Source of the DNA: an uncultured Clostridia bacterium
GTDB lineage: Bacteria; Bacillota; Clostridia; Oscillospirales; Oscillospiraceae
DNA: 64,000 nucleotides
Direction: 5' to 3'
NCBI GenBank assembly: GCA_946629065.1
Contig: CAMOXK010000001.1
Span: 19,054 to 83,053, forward strand
Part shown: in pieces, positions 36,638 to 44,344 of the stretch
Layout: each line of letters begins with the position of its first letter
How positions within the stretch are numbered: position 1 is the stretch's first letter
Position numbers and translations under genes: made by a program
The notes under the pieces: generated by a model
The model's input: the letters and a program-made list of their open reading frames with translations, nothing else
Told to the model about the DNA's origin: nothing
Database searches by the model: none

Positions 36638-37669
36638 TTAACCCTTCAGCTGACGCATGCGATAAAAGTTGCGCATACCGTCCGGCATTTCCTCCAGGTG
36701 CTTGAGCATCTTGCCTGCACCGTAGGCCGCGCAGGATACGGGATCGTCTACCACGGAAGTGCGGATCCCGGTGCTGCGCTCGATCAGGCGGTCCATGCCG
36801 TAAATCAGGCTGCCGCCGCCGGACATAATAATACCGTTGGTGTCAAGATCGCCCACAAGAGAGGGAGGTGTGCGCTCGAGAACCGAATGAATGGCTTCCA
36901 GAATATGATTCATGGGGTCCACAAAAGCCTCGATCAGCTCATTGGCATTGAGGTTGACAGTCTTGGGAAGACCGTTGGAAAGATTCCGGCCCTTGACCTC
37001 CTCCACGCCCATATCGGGACGCTGCATCACACAGCCGATACTGCGTTTGATTTCTTCCGCAGCGCCCAGGCCGATGAGCATGTTGTATTTTCTACGCACA
37101 TACTTCACGATGGCCTCGTCAAAGCTGGCGCCGGCCACCTTGATGGACTCACATTCCACGACTCCGCCGGCTGAAATGATGGCGATCTCCGTAGTGCCGC
37201 CGCCAACGTCAATGATCATGTGGCCTTCCGGGCGGGAAATATCCACGCCGGCGCCCATAGCGGTGGCAATGGCCGTTTCCAGCAGATAGACCTTTCTGGC
37301 ACCGGCCTCAATGGCGGCGTCGATCATGGCGCGCTCTTCCACACCTGTGATGGAGCTGGGGACGCAGGCCAGCATGCAGGGCTTAAAGAGGGAGAAGGAA
37401 GTGATTCGGTTCACCAGCTCCCGCAGCATCTGGGCAGCCATTTCATAGTCGGAAATCACGCCGGCGTTTACCGGATGGATGGCAACGATATTGGCAGGCG
37501 TACGTCCCAGCATTTTCTGGGCGTCCTGACCCACCTTGGAGATCCGGCTGGTGACCCGGTCCAGGGCCACAACAGTCGGTTCACGAGCTACCACACCCTT
37601 CCCCTGCTCAAAGAGCAGCGTGGTGGAGGTCCCCAAATCGACAGCGATGTCTCTTTCGAATATAACCAT
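36638..37669 (-). CDS. mreB: Rod-shape-determining actin homologue MreB
   Basis: DIAVDLGTS, DVGGGTTE and actin-fold motifs. AGAGGAGA SD. Confidence 0.95.
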   Translation of the reverse strand: MVIFERDIAVDLGTSTTLLFEQGKGVVAREPTVVALDRVTSRISKVGQDAQKMLGRTPANIVAIHPVNAGVISDYEMAAQMLRELVNRITSFSLFKPCMLACVPSSITGVEERAMIDAAIEAGARKVYLLETAIATAMGAGVDISRPEGHMIIDVGGGTTEIAIISAGGVVECESIKVAGASFDEAIVKYVRRKYNMLIGLGAAEEIKRSIGCVMQRPDMGVEEVKGRNLSNGLPKTVNLNANELIEAFVDPMNHILEAIHSVLERTPPSLVGDLDTNGIIMSGGGSLIYGMDRLIERSTGIRTSVVDDPVSCAAYGAGKMLKHLEEMPDGMRNFYRMRQLKG

Positions 37670-37685
37670 ACAGATTCTCCTCTGT

Positions 37686-38333
37686 TTATTCTTTTCTTCT
37701 AGCCAGTGTCAGACCGATGACCGAAGCTGCGCCAGCCTTTTGCAGCACGGAGGCCGCCTCGGAAAGGGTCGCTCCGGTGGTGACGATATCATCAACCAGC
37801 AGGATCGTTTTCCCGCGGATATCAGCGGCCGGGATCGCCTCGTAAACGCCCATTACATTCCGGCGGCGCTTCTCGGCATCCCCCGTTGCAGACTGCCGGG
37901 CGTTGTTGCGGACTTTGCGCAGTGTGGAGGCACACGGGATCGAAAGCCGCCCGGAGAGATCCTCAGCCAAGAGCCGCGCCTGATCATAGCCTCGCTTACG
38001 CAGACGCCGCCTGCTCAGCGGCACCCAGGAAATACTATCGCAGGAAATTCGGTTTTCGTCAATACATTTTGCGAGAAATTCTCCGTAAATAGAGGCATAC
38101 ATCCGCAGCCCGCCGAACTTATAGCGGAGCAGAGATTGCCTGACTTCATCGGTATAATAGAGCGGAGAATAGCAGGCATCCAGGTGCGGAAAGTCCTGCC
38201 TAGCGGAATAAGACGTGTACGGAAGCTTCTCCCTGCAGCGGGGACAAACGGCAGCTCCGTTCTGCGTCAAACGATGACAGAACGCGCATTTGCGGGGGAA
38301 AAGCAGGTCCAGCAGCATATCAACATACTTCAT
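37686..38333 (-). CDS. comFC: ComF-family protein (phosphoribosyltransferase fold)
   Basis: N-terminal zinc finger CAFCH...CPRC and PRTase motif LLVDDIVTTGATL. Confidence 0.88.
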   Translation of the reverse strand: MKYVDMLLDLLFPRKCAFCHRLTQNGAAVCPRCREKLPYTSYSARQDFPHLDACYSPLYYTDEVRQSLLRYKFGGLRMYASIYGEFLAKCIDENRISCDSISWVPLSRRRLRKRGYDQARLLAEDLSGRLSIPCASTLRKVRNNARQSATGDAEKRRRNVMGVYEAIPAADIRGKTILLVDDIVTTGATLSEAASVLQKAGAASVIGLTLARRKE

Positions 38334-38383
38334 ACAGGCCTCTCGTTCCCGGCTGCACGCCGCATCAGGAGTCTTTTGTTATC

Positions 38384-39709
38384 TTACACCATTCTTTGTC
38401 CGTGGGCAAGAGCGATTCCTGATTTTTCCGGATTGTTTTTGGAGTGTTCACATCCTCCGGCAAAGAAAGGAGCAAGCGAAATCATGGACAGAAGATTGGG
38501 CACAGCCATAAGCACATTGATCAGGTCAGACATGAGCCAGATCCGATCCGTTGGAAGAAAACAGCCGAAAGCGGCACAGGCGAGATAGAGCGGGCAAAAG
38601 AATTGCTCGCCGATCCCGATGCCCATGGCGCAGAGAGATCCGGGAACATAACAGCCCAATACCGTGCTGAGCCCGAAGAAAAACAGGCAGAGACCAAGAA
38701 CCAGTGCCGGTGAGATTTGAGCGGGTGAGCTGGAAAAGACACGAAACCACAGCTCAGCGCCGGGTAAACATCCGTACGGAATGGCAACGCCGCTGCACAA
38801 AAGGGTCAGGGAGCTGATCGAACATACGAGCAGCGTATCCACACCGACTTCCCATAGTCCCCAGCGTGCATGACGCTCAGGTCTTTCGCTATGGACCAGA
38901 GAATGGATCGTTCCTGCTGTCCCCAAGCCTGCTTCGTTGGAGAAAACACCGCGGCGAAATCCCCAGAGAATCGCTTTTCTTGCCGTCATCCCTCCAAATG
39001 CGCCCAGCACAGCACCCGGCTTCATGGCGGAGGAGACGATCAGGGAAAAGCATGGCATGACCTTTTCCCTGTTCTCAAACAGTATAATGGAAGAAACTGC
39101 GAGATACAGGGCTGTCATTCCAGGCACAACATAGCTGCATATCTTTCCGAGTGTCGAAACGCCATGAGAGAGAGCAGCCGCAAGCAGGCCAAGCAGAAAG
39201 AAAGATACCGTTAAGCGGAAAGCAGGATCATCGCTCTTGATGGAGCCGAGGGAAATGACCAAAGTATTCATTTGTGCCATATTCCCAACAAAGAGTACGG
39301 AAAGGACAGCAAGGAAAGCATAGAACGCGGAAAAACGCTTTCCCAGAGCGGAACGGATCGTCCCAACCGCGCCTCGCCCATTTCGCTGTCCAAACCAGAT
39401 CTCCGCACATTTGACGATACCGCCCAGAAACGCTGCGACCCACATCCAGAAAACGGCACCCGGTCCTCCCATGGCGATAGCCTGGCCGGTGCCGATAATG
39501 TTGCCGGTGCCTACCGTGGAAGCAAGCGCCGTGAATGCCGCTTCCATAGCACCCAGTTTACCTCGAGAGTGATCCGCTTTTCCCGCCGCAGCGTCCTTTT
39601 TCCGAGTCAGAAGGCGGAAGAATCCGGGGATCAGCCGAAGAGAACAAATAAGAAACAGCGGAAAAAATAGGAGGATCCATAGCAGATCTCCCAAAGTTTG
39701 CAAAAACAT
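38384..39709 (-). CDS. Alanine/glycine:cation symporter (AGCS family)
   Basis: FTALASTVGTGNIIGTGQAIAMGGPGAVFWMW is the hallmark motif. The product is polytopic, 441 aa. Confidence 0.9.
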   Translation of the reverse strand: MFLQTLGDLLWILLFFPLFLICSLRLIPGFFRLLTRKKDAAAGKADHSRGKLGAMEAAFTALASTVGTGNIIGTGQAIAMGGPGAVFWMWVAAFLGGIVKCAEIWFGQRNGRGAVGTIRSALGKRFSAFYAFLAVLSVLFVGNMAQMNTLVISLGSIKSDDPAFRLTVSFFLLGLLAAALSHGVSTLGKICSYVVPGMTALYLAVSSIILFENREKVMPCFSLIVSSAMKPGAVLGAFGGMTARKAILWGFRRGVFSNEAGLGTAGTIHSLVHSERPERHARWGLWEVGVDTLLVCSISSLTLLCSGVAIPYGCLPGAELWFRVFSSSPAQISPALVLGLCLFFFGLSTVLGCYVPGSLCAMGIGIGEQFFCPLYLACAAFGCFLPTDRIWLMSDLINVLMAVPNLLSMISLAPFFAGGCEHSKNNPEKSGIALAHGQRMV

Positions 39710-39790
39710 AAGCTTTCTTAATATTCACAAAAAGGACTATCTTTTTCGCGGCGCTCGTGGTAGTTTATGGGCACCTCGAAAAAAGCTGCG

Positions 39791-39821
39791 CGACAGTTTT
39801 GCGCAACAGGCAAAACTGTCG
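39791..39821. promoter_or_regulatory. Perfect 12-bp inverted repeat in the divergent agcS / DUF1002 control region
   Basis: cgacagttttgc gcaacag gcaaaactgtcg. On the minus strand it is followed by cgcagctttttt. Confidence 0.5.
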
Positions 39822-39861
39822 GATCAATCCATAACGATTCTATGAAGAAAGGAAGCTTGTT

Positions 39862-40737
39862 ATGATGAAGAAAGTATTATCTCTGCTGATGGTCCTCCTT
39901 CTGACCCTCTCGGCAGGAATTCCGGCCTACGCTCTTGGAAATCAGAGCCGGGCCGTGATCGCAGCCGACCTGACGGACGAGCAGATCGAGCAGGTTTACA
40001 ACGCCTTTGGCGTTCGACGCGGCAGCGTTGTGGAGCTGCGTGTGACAAATCAGGAAGAGCGGCAATATCTGGATGGTTATGTGGATTCCGCGCTGATCGG
40101 CACCCGATCCATCTCCAGTGTGTATGTAGAGCTGCTGCCCGGTGGCTCCGGCATGGACGTGACCACCAGCAATATCACCTGGTGCAGTCCGGAAATGTAT
40201 CTGAGCGCACTGGCCACCGTTGGGATCACCGATGCAAAGATCATCGTCGCATCCCCTTATGAGGTGAGCGGGACTGCCGCGCTGACCGGCGTTTACAAGG
40301 CCTACGAAGACATGACGGGCAAAAAGCTGGATGACCTGGCCAAGCTCATCAGCACCCAGGAGCTGACGATCACCGGCGGCCTTGCCAGTGAGATCGGCAG
40401 TATGGACTCTACCGGTATTGTGAATGATCTGAAACTGATGTTGGATGAGACCAAGCAGATGAGCGATCAAGAGCTTCGGCAGACGATCCTGGAGATCGCC
40501 GGTGAGTACAAGGTGAAGCTCAGCGACAAGCAGATCAGTCAGTTGATCGGACTCTGCCGCTCCCTGGAGCAGTTGGATACCGAAGCGCTGCGCTATAATG
40601 TGGAGTATGTTCAGGGCACGCTGAACAAGGTCTCCGGAGCCAAGATGGAAAAAACAGGTTTTCTCGGAAGCGTTGGCGTGGTGATCGAATCTGTCAGCAG
40701 CTTCTTTGAGCGGATCGGTCGTTTCCTCGGCCTCTGA
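39862..40737 (+). CDS. Secreted DUF1002-family protein
   Basis: Signal peptide MMKKVLSLLMVLLLTLSAGIPAYA, then sequence typical of DUF1002 (YpuA-like) extracellular proteins. Confidence 0.8.
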   Translation: MMKKVLSLLMVLLLTLSAGIPAYALGNQSRAVIAADLTDEQIEQVYNAFGVRRGSVVELRVTNQEERQYLDGYVDSALIGTRSISSVYVELLPGGSGMDVTTSNITWCSPEMYLSALATVGITDAKIIVASPYEVSGTAALTGVYKAYEDMTGKKLDDLAKLISTQELTITGGLASEIGSMDSTGIVNDLKLMLDETKQMSDQELRQTILEIAGEYKVKLSDKQISQLIGLCRSLEQLDTEALRYNVEYVQGTLNKVSGAKMEKTGFLGSVGVVIESVSSFFERIGRFLGL

Positions 40738-40746
40738 TGAAATAAT

Positions 40747-40789
40747 AGAGGATGGAAGTTCGAAACAGCTTCCGTCCTCTTTTATTTTT
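40747..40789. terminator. Bidirectional terminator between convergent DUF1002 and radical SAM genes
   Basis: agaggatggaag / cttccgtcctct stem followed by tttattttt. Confidence 0.8.
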
Positions 40790-41618
40790 GAAATCGGGTG
40801 GCATAGCCGCAGCGTTTGCAGAGCGGCTCTACCACTTTCCTTTCAGAAAAGCCATCGTATATGGCGCGCGCCCGCGGGCCATCAAGGATCTCCTGCAGTT
40901 CCTGCGCAAAGAGATTGCCCAGGGGGATGTCACCCTCGTGATCCAGGCAGCAGGGCACCACAGTGCCGTCACACAAAACCCCGATCTGATCCCTCAGTCC
41001 GTAGCAAAAGCCGCTCTGTCGCACTTCATTGAGGTCCAGCTCGGGCCAATCGAAGCGCTCTCCTGGGTCCAGCCAGACATGATCGGCCAGCTTTTGCCCG
41101 TTGCGGCTTTCCGACCAGGGGCCAGGGAAGGCGGAACGCAGGAAGGCCAGAATCTCCTGATTTCTGGAATCCAAACCGCCCTGATTCCAAAGCCGAAACT
41201 CACACAGGATCCCGCGGGCGACAGCCTCTTTTACAAAATCCACGCAGCCGCGCAGGTAGTTTTCCAATTTCCCGCTGTTGTTGGCTTCATAGGACTGCAG
41301 AGACAGATTTACCTTATGTACTGCCCCAGACTGCAACAAAACTTGTCCCTTCGCTGGGAGCAGCATACCGTTTGTGGTGATCATGACATTATAGGAAAGG
41401 CGCTCCGCCTCCGAGAGGAACAGTTCCAACTGTGGGTGGAGCAGCGGTTCTCCCATCAGGTGAAAATACAGATACTCCGTATAGGGACGCAATTTTACAG
41501 CAAGCAGGCGAAACTCTTCCGAGAACAACATACGGGGCTCCCGTTTGGTCCCCGGGCAAAAGGAGCAATGGAGATTGCAGATATTTCCGATCTCCAGATA
41601 GACTTTTCGAAATCTCAT
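40782..41618 (-). CDS. Radical SAM protein with SPASM/twitch-like C-terminal Cys cluster
   Basis: CNLHCSFC (CxxxCxxC) near the N-terminus. The C-terminal part reads C..LCDGTVVPCC....CKRCGY. Start moved from track 41729 to MRFRKVY (41618). Confidence 0.85.
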   Translation of the reverse strand: MRFRKVYLEIGNICNLHCSFCPGTKREPRMLFSEEFRLLAVKLRPYTEYLYFHLMGEPLLHPQLELFLSEAERLSYNVMITTNGMLLPAKGQVLLQSGAVHKVNLSLQSYEANNSGKLENYLRGCVDFVKEAVARGILCEFRLWNQGGLDSRNQEILAFLRSAFPGPWSESRNGQKLADHVWLDPGERFDWPELDLNEVRQSGFCYGLRDQIGVLCDGTVVPCCLDHEGDIPLGNLFAQELQEILDGPRARAIYDGFSERKVVEPLCKRCGYATRFQK

Positions 41619-41654
41619 GTGCTTGTCCGTCCTTTCCCACTGCGGTCCAATACC

Positions 41655-41690
41655 GCAAACCGGCCGCACCGAAAGGGTGCGGCCGGTTGC
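41655..41690 (-). terminator. GC-rich hairpin between ybaB and the radical SAM gene (possible weak terminator)
   Basis: About 14-bp stem aaccggccgcacc / ggtgcggccggtt. The U-tract is poor, so read-through is plausible. Confidence 0.45.
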
Positions 41691-41703
41691 GCTTCGAACA
41701 AAA

Positions 41704-42048
41704 TCAGAACAGGCCGGGGAAGCCGCCAAGGCCGCCCTGAAGCTTGCTCATAGCCTTGCTGGTCTGTTCATCAGCCTTCTTCAGAGCACCGTTGACAGCA
41801 GTAAGGATCAGATCCTGCAGCATTTCCACATCTTCAGGGTCCACGACCTCGGGATCGATGACGATGGAGGAAAACTCTCTGGTTCCAGTCACGACTGCTT
41901 TGACAGCACCGCCCCCGGCGGTGAATTCAAAGTCGGTGGACTCCAGCTCCTGCTGCATCTTCATAAACTCCTGCTGCATCTTCTGGGCCTGCTTCATCAT
42001 GTTCATCTGGTTGCCGGGCATACCCCCGCGAAAACCGCCTTTTGCCAT
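41704..42048 (-). CDS. ybaB: YbaB/EbfC nucleoid-associated protein
   Basis: 114 aa with MMKQAQKMQQEF.KMQ.EL and ..VKA.V.G motifs. It lies directly after dnaX. Confidence 0.93.
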   Translation of the reverse strand: MAKGGFRGGMPGNQMNMMKQAQKMQQEFMKMQQELESTDFEFTAGGGAVKAVVTGTREFSSIVIDPEVVDPEDVEMLQDLILTAVNGALKKADEQTSKAMSKLQGGLGGFPGLF

Positions 42049-42084
42049 AAGTCATACTCCGATCTGCCGCTGTGCGGCGTATAT

Positions 42085-43812
42085 TTATTCTGAAATGAAA
42101 TGAACTTCCTTAAACTGTCTGAGATCGTCCAAACTGCGGGCTTGCCGCACCTCGGCCTGCCGCTCTCTTGCCTGGACACGAACATCATGTCCGAGCACTT
42201 CCCTTCCGGCAGCCTGGAAAGCAAGGATCACGTCCTGCCGCTGAAAACGTCTTGCCTGAAAATCATTTTGCGTTTCCACCAGGATCGAATTGCCGTCGAG
42301 GGAGCCAGTGACGCGTTCCTCATCCTGCAACAGCATCTGTACGTCCAGCGGAAGCGAGGGCATAACAGCAGCACAGATCCTGCTCCACAGTTCGCGGCTG
42401 TTTGCGGATAACTGGGGCCGGGATGGCTCAGGATCGGAGGACGCTTTTTTCTCCGGAGCAGTCTGTGGAACGCTCTCAGGAGCTTCTTTGGGAAGGGCGT
42501 TCCTTTGTGATGCGTCCGCAGAAAAAGGATCGAATTCGTCCGGAGCATCCGGAATCGGTTCCATCGGATCGGGTCCCTCATCCATGAAAGGAGAATCGTC
42601 GTCAGAATGGAACGGTTCCGGCTCTTCCCGTTCAGGATAGGCCTGGCTGGGCGCCGGGATCGCTGGCACGCCGCGCTCCATTTGTTCCTCCAGCACGGAA
42701 ATTCGGGCGCGTAAGCTCGCAATGCTGTCTCCCGCACTGTCGCAGCAGAGAGATACCAGGCATAACTCCGCCGCGGTACGCGGGTTGCTCACATCCCGCA
42801 GTGTGGAAAGTGTCTTTTGAATCGTCTCCATGGCGGAAACGACCTGCTCCGTGGTCATCCGTTTAACAAAAAACTGGAGCGTGCGCTCTTCAAATCCGCC
42901 GGAGATCAGATTCAATCCTGCTTTCGGCGCAACGCGAAGCATCATCACATCCCGCAGAAGCGTGCTGAGTTCCCGCAGGACAGAAGCGGGGTCCTTCCCA
43001 TCCATCCACATGGAGTCGAAGAGCTGCAGCGCTTTTTCGCTGTTATGCCGCAGAATGGCGTCCAGCAGCTCGGAGATCCTTCGCTTTCCGGCAAGCCCCA
43101 CAGTGCTGTAGACTGCTTCCACATCGATTCGCTCATGCACGGAGCACTGGTCCAACAGGCTCAGCGAATCCCGCACGCCGCCATCGGACAGGCGCGCGAT
43201 CAGGTCGGCCGCTTCCTGATCCAGGCTAAGCTTCTCGCGCTTCGCGATCTCCAGCAGATACTTGGAAATGGTCTCCGACTCCAGGCGTCGAAAGCTATGT
43301 CGCTGGCAGCGGGAAAGAATGGTAGCCGGAACTTTTTGAAGCTCCGTGGTAGCCAGGATAAACAGCAGATGCTCCGGCGGCTCCTCCAGGATCTTCAGCA
43401 AGGCGTTGAATGCCGATAGAGAAAGCATGTGGACCTCGTCAATGATGTAGACCCGTTTTTTGACCGCTGTGGGAGAAAATACAGCCTCTTCCCGCAGAGC
43501 GCGGACATTATCCACGCCATTGTTAGAGGCGGCGTCCAACTCCACCACGTCCATGACGCTGCCTTCCAGAATGCCGCGGCAAGCCGGACACTTTCCGCAG
43601 GGATTGCCATTTTCCGGGTGCTCACAGTTGACAGCACGTGCCAGGATCCTGGCGCAGGTGGTTTTACCGGTACCGCGTGTCCCGATAAATAGATAGGCAT
43701 GGGAGAGCCGGTCATTTTTCACCTGGCTTTTCAGCGTCTCGGTGATGTGCTGCTGGCCGATGACCTCATCAAAGGTCTGTGGACGCCATTTTCGATACAA
43801 GGCCTGGTACAT
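42085..43812 (-). CDS. dnaX: DNA polymerase III subunit gamma/tau
   Basis: MYQALYRKWRPQTFDEVIGQ, GTRGTGKTT, zinc module CGKCPAC, and SRC motif. Start moved from track 43977 to 43812 (GGGGAGGAG SD), because the extension runs into the SRP RNA. Confidence 0.95.
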   Translation of the reverse strand: MYQALYRKWRPQTFDEVIGQQHITETLKSQVKNDRLSHAYLFIGTRGTGKTTCARILARAVNCEHPENGNPCGKCPACRGILEGSVMDVVELDAASNNGVDNVRALREEAVFSPTAVKKRVYIIDEVHMLSLSAFNALLKILEEPPEHLLFILATTELQKVPATILSRCQRHSFRRLESETISKYLLEIAKREKLSLDQEAADLIARLSDGGVRDSLSLLDQCSVHERIDVEAVYSTVGLAGKRRISELLDAILRHNSEKALQLFDSMWMDGKDPASVLRELSTLLRDVMMLRVAPKAGLNLISGGFEERTLQFFVKRMTTEQVVSAMETIQKTLSTLRDVSNPRTAAELCLVSLCCDSAGDSIASLRARISVLEEQMERGVPAIPAPSQAYPEREEPEPFHSDDDSPFMDEGPDPMEPIPDAPDEFDPFSADASQRNALPKEAPESVPQTAPEKKASSDPEPSRPQLSANSRELWSRICAAVMPSLPLDVQMLLQDEERVTGSLDGNSILVETQNDFQARRFQRQDVILAFQAAGREVLGHDVRVQARERQAEVRQARSLDDLRQFKEVHFISE

Positions 43813-43841
43813 ACCGACTCCTCCCCTCTGTTCATAGACTT

Positions 43842-44140
43842 GTGGCTCTTGACAAGACTGCACACCTGGCTCCGAAGCATGCGCTATATCCGTTACCGCC
43901 GGCAGCCGGCTCGGACCCGGCGACCTCACGGCACAAGCCGAGCACCGCTTAATGCTGCTCGGTTCCCCGCCTGACATGGTTCACGGGTCGACCTTGCGCG
44001 AGACCGGATCTTCAACGCTGCTTACCGGGGTCAGACGACACAGAGCATCCCCTCGGCCAGGAATTCATCCCTGCTATAGCGGATTGCAGGTTACAGGGCA
44101 CCGCTGGCTCCCCGATTAGTGCAGCCTTGTCAAAAGCCAC
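43842..44140 (-). ncRNA. ffs: Signal recognition particle RNA, long Bacillus/Clostridium type
   Basis: The minus strand carries the domain IV signature GUCAGG-CGG-GGAA-CCG-AGCAGC (plus coordinates 43954-43975). The 5' end gtggcttttgacaaggctgcac pairs with the 3' end gtgcagtcttgtcaagagccac. It sits in the classic position upstream of dnaX. Confidence 0.88.
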
Positions 44141-44146
44141 GATGGT

Positions 44147-44175
44147 ATTGTACTACAAATGAAGCGCAGAATCAA
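44147..44175 (-). promoter_or_regulatory. Sigma-A type promoter for the SRP RNA
   Basis: Minus strand TTGATT (44175-44170), 17-nt spacer, TACAAT (44152-44147), ending 6 nt upstream of the predicted RNA 5' end. Confidence 0.6.
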
Positions 44176-44268
44176 TCCTTTTTTCTTGAGCCAGCCGGAT
44201 TCAAACATTTAGCGGTTCTTATCCGCCGATCTTTGAGCAGATACGACAAAAATGAGAGCTTTGTATAC

Positions 44269-44297
44269 TTGAAAAAGCAACAATAACATGGTATTTT
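44269..44297 (+). promoter_or_regulatory. Candidate promoter for the flavoprotein-hypA operon
   Basis: TTGAAA (44269-44274), 17-nt spacer ending in TGG, TATTTT (44292-44297). Confidence 0.45.
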
Positions 44298-44344
44298 ATA
44301 GTTGATCTTTTGTGCACAATCAAATCATATGGAGGGATATGAGA

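Noticed and set aside
39710-39861. Glycine riboswitch upstream of the Ala/Gly symporter
   Set aside because: I looked for the conserved GGAGAG...CACCG...GGGGCAA-type cores on the minus strand and did not find them. Only the 12-bp palindrome, reported separately, is present.
42443-42453. A-run (GAG AAA AAA GCG on the coding strand) in dnaX as a possible gamma/tau frameshift site
   Set aside because: It is only six A residues, not the A AAA AAG heptamer in the right frame. It also lies about 70 codons from the C-terminus, far beyond where gamma normally ends. No downstream stem-loop was noted.
43813-43977. N-terminal 55-codon extension of dnaX in the track ORF
   Set aside because: It overlaps the SRP RNA gene. 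The conserved DnaX N-terminus (MYQALYRKWRPQTF) starts at 43812, directly behind a GGGGAGGAG SD.
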